Virus record (IMG/VR): IMGVR_UViG_3300010388_000214
Location: 31,626-95,625 of that record
Source: a virus
Lineage: Duplodnaviria; Caudoviricetes
Reading direction: 5' to 3' (one strand)
DNA: 64,000 nucleotides
The notes under the pieces are model-generated. The model did not search any database, had not been told where the DNA came from, and saw only the letters and a program-made list of their open reading frames with translations. The position numbers were made by a program, and so were the translations under genes. Positions 8,452 through 18,225 of the stretch are shown here, piece after piece (the first letter of the stretch is position 1; each line of letters opens with the position of its first letter).

Positions 8452-8793
8452 TTAGTCCCAATAACTACTATTGGATCGACCATATGAGTTAGTCCACCAG
8501 GTAGGCACACTGTATTCGTTATCGATTGATTCTGTAGTTGTTTCATTATCCATATTAGTTATCTTCTTTCATTAGTTCTACTTGTACGCCTAGCAGTTCT
8601 TCTGCTGACATATCCTCTATATCGATTACACCTTCTGGTGTGAGTATCTTGAAGAATCCCATTAGAATTCGCAACCATATGCGTCTAGGCATATCTTGCA
8701 GGATTCTTCCTGACATTCATTACAGAATACTGATTCTGTATAGTTATCACAGATATCGCAAAACGCTAATCCAATTTCATTTAGTAAGTTCAT
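8452..8793 (-). CDS. three closely packed micro-ORFs: 8662-8793 (Cys-rich), 8555-8662, 8452-8553
   Basis: manually translated; SD AAGGAG; TAATG or 1-nt junctions. Confidence 0.5.
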
Positions 8794-8962
8794 TATGAAC
8801 TCCTTTCTTTAGTGAGAATCTTATTTGCTTATTTCTAAGGCTCATATTCTCTATTTATTTTTTCTTTCTTTCTTTATATTATCAGTCTATACCCTATCCC
8901 AGAAAAAGCAAGCCCAAAAGCCACAAAATTTCAGCCTATTTTTTGTAGGCTACTTACAAGAG

Positions 8963-9025
8963 TTATCCACATAGTTATCCACAGGCGGCCCCTCATTTGC
9001 CAGGGTATGTCAAGGCAACACGCCG
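8963..9025. repeat. module C: two TTATCCACA, GCGGCCCC (flipped), TGTCAA, AACACGCCG
   Basis: direct sequence comparison with modules A and B. Confidence 0.8.
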
Positions 9026-9091
9026 ATGATGATAAGAATAGTATTGATCAGTAGCAAGGCTATACATACCCACCCTGCTACCCCACCTACC

Positions 9092-9217
9092 CTATCCAAG
9101 AGACCACACACCCAAGATGAATGCATAGAAGCCTAGCATTATCAAGAACATCATTCCTGTATAGACAATGCCACGAACAAATCCACGTACGAGATAGTAT
9201 AGCTTAGAGTGTTCCAT
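9092..9217 (-). CDS. 41-aa membrane protein
   Basis: manually translated; hydrophobic; coupled. Confidence 0.55.
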   Translation of the reverse strand: MEHSKLYYLVRGFVRGIVYTGMMFLIMLGFYAFILGVWSLG

Positions 9218-9429
9218 TAGAACTCCTTCGATTCAATGTGTTCCCATACTGCACCAACAAGACCACCAAGGCAAGAGACAGCAACTACACCAAGCATCCA
9301 AGTGATAGCAATCGGTGCCATACTCTGAGTGATAGGAGTGTAGTCAATGCTTGATGCCCAATCGAATGAGAAGGCAAAGCTTGTGATGAAGAGTGATGCT
9401 AGTACAATCATTAGTGCTACGAGTTTCAT
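9217..9429 (-). CDS. two-TM membrane protein, 70 aa
   Basis: two hydrophobic segments; SD AAGGA. Confidence 0.7.
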   Translation of the reverse strand: MKLVALMIVLASLFITSFAFSFDWASSIDYTPITQSMAPIAITWMLGVVAVSCLGGLVGAVWEHIESKEF

Positions 9430-9608
9430 TTTCTGTCCTTTGTTATTTCCTGATATATATATTCAATCACGACCCACGGACAATGTCAAGCGACACGCCG
9501 TGTGCTCACTAAAAAGTACCCCCCACCCAGTACTCAAATCATGTATCGTACATCTTTAAAAATTATTCAGATTTTCTGTAATTCTGATTTTCAAAATTTT
9601 TCAGATTT

Positions 9609-10352
9609 TTACTCAACAACGTTTTTACGGATCTCAGACAGAACCATCTCTGGCATCATAGACTGCTCTGAGTGCTGGTAGCGATAATCCAAAGTCTTGT
9701 TGCGGCCATAGATGTTTGGTGAGTTACTAGTCTCCTTAGTCAGAGCAAGTAGATTCTCGTTAAACATGTAACGCTTAAACACAACCTTCTTGTCAGTCAT
9801 GATCTCAAGGAAGAACAGTGGGTCATCCTCTTTGACTGAAAACTTTCGGGTAGTCTTAGGAATGTGGTAATCCAAGTTCCAAGAGCGATACCACTTACCA
9901 ATATTAAACTCTCCTGGTGACATACGTGCACCTTCCATTGGTGATACAGCAGGAAAGTATGGAGCTGTAAATCTAGCTACGACTGGTTCTGATGAAAAGA
10001 ACAACCATGATAGATTATAGATAACATCAATTTGGTCGGGGAAGCTAGAAGGTCTCTCATGATACATTCCTGCAATAGACTTTACATTCATACGAGGACT
10101 CTTTGCTGGGTCTGGTTCGTTCTCAAAGTAATAGTCTGGAATTTCAAATTCGTCATCGATAGCTGATCTAAATACAAACACATTGTCTAATGTATTTCGT
10201 GCAGCAGGACATTGCGACATAAGAGATCCAGGAATCTTCTCACGATGAAGGTTTGTATAAACATTCTCTGGTTTGCGATACAGCATAGCCATAGACTCTG
10301 TGCTTGGCATGTAGTTTGCTGGTGCCCAGTAGATCGTAATTTCTTCTGACAT
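9609..10352 (-). CDS. hypothetical phage protein, 247 aa
   Basis: long ORF; beta-rich; function not recognised. Confidence 0.75.
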   Translation of the reverse strand: MSEEITIYWAPANYMPSTESMAMLYRKPENVYTNLHREKIPGSLMSQCPAARNTLDNVFVFRSAIDDEFEIPDYYFENEPDPAKSPRMNVKSIAGMYHERPSSFPDQIDVIYNLSWLFFSSEPVVARFTAPYFPAVSPMEGARMSPGEFNIGKWYRSWNLDYHIPKTTRKFSVKEDDPLFFLEIMTDKKVVFKRYMFNENLLALTKETSNSPNIYGRNKTLDYRYQHSEQSMMPEMVLSEIRKNVVE

Positions 10353-10535
10353 TTATGGTAGCTTCAACTCGGGGGTAGACTTAATCAAGTTATAAGTCAA
10401 AGCCCATTTATTTATAAGCTTATAAGACACATGTAGATCCTTAGCGATCTGTCGAACTGTCTTGGTTTGTAGCTGTTCAGCTAGCCAGGTCTTATCCTGA
10501 TAGTATTTGACGTATCCGTCTTTCATTGTTTCCAT
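10353..10535 (-). CDS. small helix-turn-helix DNA-binding protein
   Basis: KTVRQIAKDLHVSYKLINKW HTH pattern; SD AAGGAG. Confidence 0.7.
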   Translation of the reverse strand: METMKDGYVKYYQDKTWLAEQLQTKTVRQIAKDLHVSYKLINKWALTYNLIKSTPELKLP

Positions 10536-10617
10536 ATTCTCTCCTTTATGGTTTGGTATCTAAATTTTATCAGACACTATTTCTTTTTGCAAGTACAGGT
10601 ATCTCCACACATAAACG

Positions 10618-10818
10618 TCACCACTTCCCCATAGGGCATACGGCCTTCTCTAACGTTGTTTTGAGCTTCATGTAACATCCACACTTACGACATTTTGTTA
10701 GACGCTTATCTAGCCACTCACAGCCTTTACAAATTTCTAAACGCTGCTCAATGAGTTCTCTATCTGATCTCGGTTGTGATGGATCAAACAGATCTGTAAA
10801 CTTTACGTCTTTGGCCAT
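10618..10818 (-). CDS. small Cys-rich protein (DUF6171-like)
   Basis: R..IC..C...C..CGC.M..K......CP.GKW. Confidence 0.7.
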   Translation of the reverse strand: MAKDVKFTDLFDPSQPRSDRELIEQRLEICKGCEWLDKRLTKCRKCGCYMKLKTTLEKAVCPMGKW

Positions 10819-10830
10819 ACATCTATTTTA

Positions 10831-10989
10831 TCACGTCTTAAGCATTGAGTTCAGATAATTCATTTCGTGCTCTGCACTAACAAAGCCAGTGCCTTCAGTG
10901 GTCTTACAGTCTACACAAAATTTAATAATCATGTATCCGCCATTGTGGCTATCGGTTTGACCTATTTTCCAATTATGTTTACAATCCAT
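10831..10989 (-). CDS. 52-aa protein (C.H.W...C..C)
   Basis: manually translated; leaderless after TGA-TATAGT. Confidence 0.5.
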   Translation of the reverse strand: MDCKHNWKIGQTDSHNGGYMIIKFCVDCKTTEGTGFVSAEHEMNYLNSMLKT

Positions 10990-11059
10990 AATCTACTATA
11001 TCAAATTTTCGACGGTATCAATCAGCTTGTCTGATTCCGAAGGAGGCATTGTCCACAAA

Positions 11060-11130
11060 AGGATAACTCCCCATAATCGGTCATAGTATTAAACCAATAT
11101 ATATCTGATCTATGCCGTATGAGGAGCTAT
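11060..11130 (-). ncRNA. putative structured sRNA 3
   Basis: promoter TTGACA(11161-66)/TACAAT(11137-42); long imperfect stem 11067-85 with 11110-26. Confidence 0.4.
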
Positions 11131-11172
11131 AGATATATTGTACACCCATTTGAAAAGGTTTGTCAAGGTTTG

Positions 11173-11243
11173 AAAGAAAAACCCCTAGCCGTAAATTAGA
11201 ATGTGAGATCTACGGTTAGGGGAGCTTGGTTTTCTTGACTGGG
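11173..11243 (-). ncRNA. putative ~70-nt sRNA 2
   Basis: TGA-TATAAT at 11250-58; 12-bp hairpin 11182-11222 followed by a U-tract. Confidence 0.5.
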
Positions 11244-11257
11244 ACTTCTATTATATC

Positions 11258-11412
11258 AAAAGAAAATCCCCCACCTGCCGCAGCCTCCGATGGGGGATCC
11301 AATAGGTCGTCGGCTTTCGCAGAGGTCTCTATTGTTACTCTTTGTGGGAAGGACTTCCTTCACCATGATGTGGCCTAGTAAACTACGCCGAGAAGGACCT
11401 TGTCTTCTCATT
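11258..11412 (-). ncRNA. putative ~150-nt structured sRNA 1
   Basis: TTGCAA-N17-TATAAT (11419-47); several nested helices; terminator 11266-98 with U-tract. Confidence 0.5.
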
Positions 11413-11480
11413 AATACGATTATAGCAAAGAAAATCTCCCCTTGCAAGCAGAGGGGGAGATCGAGACAATTCTATTGTAG

Positions 11481-11551
11481 CACCCCACCGAGGAATTGAA
11501 CCCCGTCCAACAGGTTTGGAATCTGTCATGCTGCCGTAACACTTGTGAGAT
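11481..11551 (-). tRNA. tRNA-Trp (CCA); 3' CCA not encoded
   Basis: acceptor ATCTCAC/GTGGGGT, anticodon loop TTCCAAA, T-arm CGGGG-TTCAATT-CCTCG, discriminator G. Confidence 0.85.
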
Positions 11552-11610
11552 AGACAACCTAGCCACCGTAGATCCTAAGATTTCCTGCGTAGCTAGGTCT
11601 TAACATATTA

Positions 11611-11639
11611 ATTATAGCAAATATTTTTACACATTGCAA
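11611..11639 (-). promoter_or_regulatory. promoter TTGCAA-N17-TATAAT for the tRNA unit
   Basis: consensus with extended TG. Confidence 0.75.
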
Positions 11640-11951
11640 TAACATGTAAAGAAAATCGCAAAAACTTTACATATCGCCTAACATGTCTTATGTCAAATGA
11701 AAGACAACTTTACTTTGTAGAAAACAAATGAAAGCTAAATGAGGTTTACTTTCATTTAATGCCTTATATAGTCGTCATAAAGTTGGTTAATGCCTGTTAT
11801 ATTCGTCATTATTCAACTATTCGGGATTTCCGAACAGTTCACTTATTCGGTTTTTCCGAACAACTCAAATCAGTACGTACCTTCCGAAAACCAGGAAAAG
11901 TTGGTGTCAAACCACAATAATTGGTTTAAATCGGAACGAACATTCTTATCT

Positions 11952-11989
11952 GTTACCATTTCGTTATCATTCTGTTACATATCTGTAAC
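11952..11989. repeat. four GT[T/A]A[C/T] pentamers at exact 11-bp period
   Basis: GTTAC-N6-GTTAT-N6-GTTAC-N6-GTAAC. Confidence 0.75.
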
Positions 11990-12158
11990 ATTTACCCATA
12001 TTCAAACCATATCTCGGATTCTGGGAGGTTAAGGTTTGAGGTTTGGGTATGTAATTCTCACCGCGAACTTTACGCCGTCGAGCTTTGCGATGCTTATTCA
12101 TCTTAGTTATCAACATGTTGTGGATAACTTTTAAAAAGGACACTATAATAGTAATATC

Positions 12159-12473
12159 ATGACAATTTCGGAATGGCAGGGGATTCTAGGTTTAATCATA
12201 GCAATATCAGCTGTAGCAGGAATTGTCTTTGCTATTCTCCGTTTCTATATCAGAGCATTTGCTAAACAAGAATTAGAAGACATCAGACACGAACTTAAGC
12301 CTAATAGTGGATCGTCTATGAAAGATCAGGTAACACGGCTAGAAGCAAATCAGAAAGTGATTACGGAAACTCAGAAAACAGACAGTGAAAGATTTGATCA
12401 CAAACTAGACAAGCTGGAAGATAAGGTCGACAAGATGTTCGAAATAATCCTTAAGCACTTTGGTAACAACTAA
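12159..12473 (+). CDS. membrane protein, N-terminal TM plus coiled coil (holin/antiholin-like)
   Basis: one TM segment; upstream of the endolysin. Confidence 0.7.
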   Translation: MTISEWQGILGLIIAISAVAGIVFAILRFYIRAFAKQELEDIRHELKPNSGSSMKDQVTRLEANQKVITETQKTDSERFDHKLDKLEDKVDKMFEIILKHFGNN

Positions 12474-12636
12474 TCCCTTATATATTAATATATATATACT
12501 AGATATCTTAGCTAGCTGTTATAGTTCTCTTATCAATTATTACAATTATACACACAAGTTCCTATGTCTTGATACCAAAACCTCATATTCTTTGATAACA
12601 TTTTGATAACGTTATGATTATGTTATAATTTTATAT

Positions 12637-12691
12637 AGCTACTACTTAGGTTTTCTCTCTCATACCCACTTACCTAGGTAGTAGCTTTTTT
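12637..12691 (+). ncRNA. putative ~55-nt hairpin sRNA with CU-rich loop
   Basis: TGT-TATAAT at 12621-29; 15-bp stem, 20-nt loop, U-tract. Confidence 0.55.
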
Positions 12692-12765
12692 AATGCCCTC
12701 CTGATTTCTTATTATTTAATGGTATAATTAAACTGATCTTGTTAAAGATCTAAGGAGAGTTTATT

Positions 12766-13560
12766 ATGAGTCAATTTCAAAACTGGCTAAATAGTGTTAA
12801 CGGTAAAGCCATTGAGATGGATAAGTCGTACGGAGCACAATGCTGGGACCTATGGTCACACTATGGAGTCAACATGCTTGGCGTTACATTCTGGAAAACA
12901 GGAACAAACGCTGGTGGGGGATGCCCACAACACTCAGGCTTCACATGTGGCCTGTGGAAGACATTTGATCGTTCAGGTCTAGGCGAATGGCTGACCCCTG
13001 TACAAGGTCCACCTCAGCGTGGAGACGTAGCTATTTGGGAGTGGGGTTCCCCTGCAGGTCCTAACAGCCACGTTGCCATTGTTGTAGAAGACCGTGGAAG
13101 CAACGTATACTGCATGACACAGAATCCTGGTGCTGCACACTACGCAAACCTTTCAAAGGCTGGTATTCTCGGATACCTTCGCCCAGACAACCAGTCCTTC
13201 TTTGATGGTCCTGGTGCTGGTTCAACTCCTGCTGCAACTGGAACAATTGCTGAACTAGCAGCTGCGGTTATCCGTGGTGAGTTTGGTAACGGTCCAGACC
13301 GTGTAGCAGCTCTTGGTGCAAACTATGATGCTGTTCAGGCAGAGGTTAACCGTATTCTAGGTGGTGGCTCAGCAGCTCCTGCTCCTGCACCAGTATCTAG
13401 CGGTACACAGCACGTCGTAGTTCCAGGTGATACACTCTGGGATTTGAGTGCTGCATACCTCGGAGATCCAACTAGATACATGGAGATCTTCAATGCGTCA
13501 AACTTTAGTTCTGGAAATCCAAGCTTGATTTATCCAGGAGAAATCGCTATTATTCCTTAA
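12766..13560 (+). CDS. endolysin: CHAP + CW_7 (Cpl-7) + LysM
   Basis: YGAQCWDL and HVAIV...QN; A.AVIRGEFGNG.DR...L; HVVVPGDTLW...LIYPG. Confidence 0.9.
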   Translation: MSQFQNWLNSVNGKAIEMDKSYGAQCWDLWSHYGVNMLGVTFWKTGTNAGGGCPQHSGFTCGLWKTFDRSGLGEWLTPVQGPPQRGDVAIWEWGSPAGPNSHVAIVVEDRGSNVYCMTQNPGAAHYANLSKAGILGYLRPDNQSFFDGPGAGSTPAATGTIAELAAAVIRGEFGNGPDRVAALGANYDAVQAEVNRILGGGSAAPAPAPVSSGTQHVVVPGDTLWDLSAAYLGDPTRYMEIFNASNFSSGNPSLIYPGEIAIIP

Positions 13561-13576
13561 GGAGGAGAGAAAACAT

Positions 13577-14083
13577 ATGGAAAAGACACACTTCGTTAAG
13601 CAGGTATTTGACTACCTGTACCCGAGTAAAAACCGTGTAATCGCAGCTGTTGCGTTTGTTCGCACATTCAAGCAGGCAATTACTGGTACATCTGTAGTTG
13701 GTGGATCTGGATTGATCGCTATCAACGCAGGAGACATTGCAAACCTTAACTGGGAAGTTGTTATGTACACAGCAATTGCTGTAGTTCTAACAGCTATCAT
13801 TGCAGGTGCATCAGCTTTTGATGACGTATCTCGCAATGGTCTAAACAGCAAGTACATGGATGCGGCAACAACTCCAGAGCCTTCTGTTATTGTAGACCCA
13901 GCAGTGGTCAAGCAGTTATTGCGTCCAGCATCTTTTGTTCCTGCACCTGCAGAAGCACCAAAGGCTGCAGCTAAGCCAGCTACCCGTAAAAAGGCAACAC
14001 CAAAGGCTACAGCAGCAGCTAACAAGGTTGTAGAGAACACCTTGAAGGCTGACCAGGCTCCAGCAGTTGAAGAGCCAATGTAA
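13577..14083 (+). CDS. putative holin (r1t-like) with Ala/Lys/Pro-rich tail
   Basis: AFVRTFKQA plus hydrophobic segments; directly after the lysin; SD AAGGAGG. Confidence 0.65.
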   Translation: MEKTHFVKQVFDYLYPSKNRVIAAVAFVRTFKQAITGTSVVGGSGLIAINAGDIANLNWEVVMYTAIAVVLTAIIAGASAFDDVSRNGLNSKYMDAATTPEPSVIVDPAVVKQLLRPASFVPAPAEAPKAAAKPATRKKATPKATAAANKVVENTLKADQAPAVEEPM

Positions 14084-14098
14084 TAACATTACAAGCGG

Positions 14099-14134
14099 AT
14101 ACCCCTCGACTAATACTCGGGGGGTATTCTTTTT
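14099..14134 (+). terminator. intrinsic terminator
   Basis: ATACCCCTCGA/TCGGGGGGTAT stem plus T-tract. Confidence 0.8.
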
Positions 14135-14148
14135 GCTATACTTAGGTT

Positions 14149-14886
14149 ATGAATAGAAAATTAGACTGGATTCCCAGATTTGACGAAAGGTCAAAGAACT
14201 TTCCCGTAAGAGGGATTTTAAAGAAACGTGTAGCACGTAAAAATGTTTTGTGGGTAGCAGGTCCAATCCTGGATCAGAAATCAGAAGGTGCCTGTGTAGG
14301 ATTTGGGTGGACAGCACAAGCACTTGCCACTCCATTTGTTGTGAATCTTAAGACGCTTCCAGGAAAAGCACCAAAGACGCCACAACCTTTTGCTCGTTAT
14401 GTATATACAAGTGCACAAAAGGTAGACGAGTATCCAGGAGAGTCTTACGAAGGAACTTCTGTTCTAGCTGGAGCAAAGGTTATGGAAAAGCATTTAGCTA
14501 TAGCTTCATATTCTTGGGCATTCAACATTGATGACATCATTGATGCACTAATTCAAAAAGGACCAGTTGTGCTTGGTATTAACTGGTATGACGGAATGTA
14601 CGAGGCACCAAATGGTGTGCTTTCTGTAACTGGAGATCATGTTGGCGGACACTGTCTTCTAGCTATTGGTTATACTGTTTCTTCTCCTAAGTTTGGTGGC
14701 AACCCTACTGTTACCCTGCAAAATTCTTGGGGTAAAAAATGGGGTATCAATGGATTGGCAGAGATATCTGTACAAGATCTAAGAAAGCTAATGATGGAAC
14801 AAGGAGAAGCTTGTATTCCATCCAAAACAGCATACGTAAAAAAAGCATCAATGGTTGACGCTATCAAGGGCATTTTCTCTAGGTAG
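14149..14886 (+). CDS. papain-like (C1) cysteine peptidase
   Basis: DQKSEGACVGF, GGHC and QNSWG catalytic motifs. Confidence 0.85.
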   Translation: MNRKLDWIPRFDERSKNFPVRGILKKRVARKNVLWVAGPILDQKSEGACVGFGWTAQALATPFVVNLKTLPGKAPKTPQPFARYVYTSAQKVDEYPGESYEGTSVLAGAKVMEKHLAIASYSWAFNIDDIIDALIQKGPVVLGINWYDGMYEAPNGVLSVTGDHVGGHCLLAIGYTVSSPKFGGNPTVTLQNSWGKKWGINGLAEISVQDLRKLMMEQGEACIPSKTAYVKKASMVDAIKGIFSR

Positions 14887-14968
14887 CCTCTTTAAAAATG
14901 CCAATGGTGTATAATGTAATTACTTAAACTTTTATTTAGTTGAGAATTTCTTGGAGGCCCAATTTTAG

Positions 14969-17709
<2,741 letters not shown>

Positions 17710-17710
<1 letters not shown>

Positions 17711-18225
17711 TGAGTCAGCTAAGAGTAAATAGCATTGGAAACCTAGATGGGTCTAAAATAGATTCTACTAGCGATATTGTTGATGTTGCCTTACGTAATG
17801 ATGTTGCTTATGCACAAATTAATAAAATTGCCCTAACAAGTTTTGGATCTGGACATCAAAATATTTTATGGGATGAAGTTGCCATTAGTAAAAATATCAG
17901 TCTTTTATCAAATCAAATTTATTTTTCATTACCTGGCGTATATCAAATTACAGTGGGTATGAGAATTGGAAATACTGCTTCAGATTCTTGGACAGGTATT
18001 AACGTTTTCTATCCTGCTACTAGCACTATTATTGCACGAAGCTATGGAACTGGTAACGTTGCAAATGATCCAGGACCATTTCAGTTTACTTTGCTAGCAG
18101 AAATTACCCAAGTAAATGTACCATATCAAGTTAGACTGTATAGAGCAGGCGGAAGCTTGGTTCAAAGTACCCCAGATACAGAAGCAGGTAGAGCTATAGT
18201 TATGAATATTGTGAAGGTGAGCTAA
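17710..18225 (+). CDS. fibre-associated protein (start MSQLRVNSI)
   Basis: TAATG overlap; beta-rich, C1q/BclA-C-like. Confidence 0.7.

Larger units (their letters stand above)
680..8992. repeat. dispersed GCGGCCCC octamer, 12 copies (2 variant), all intergenic
   Basis: 680(+), 1877, 2469, 3490, 4174(+), 5326, 6035, 6645, 7010, 7877, 8412, 8985(+). Confidence 0.85.
4115..9484 (-). promoter_or_regulatory. 11 promoters sharing the spacer box (A)ATGTC[C/A/T]GTGG(G)
   Basis: copies at about 4115, 4746, 5303, 5980, 6578, 6941, 7384, 7588, 7809, 8333, 9473, each at a fixed distance upstream of a -10-like hexamer. Confidence 0.8.

Noticed and set aside
680-9500. CRISPR array or integron reading of the early repeats
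   Set aside because: Repeats are short, irregularly spaced and separated by genes; no cas or integrase gene and no attC-like structure in the window
11481-11551. tRNA-Gly(TCC) assignment
   Set aside because: The anticodon stem pairs only with loop TTCCAAA, giving CCA (Trp)
11790-12032. 80-aa plus-strand ORF
   Set aside because: No RBS, atypical composition, and it overlaps the repeat arrays; more likely non-coding
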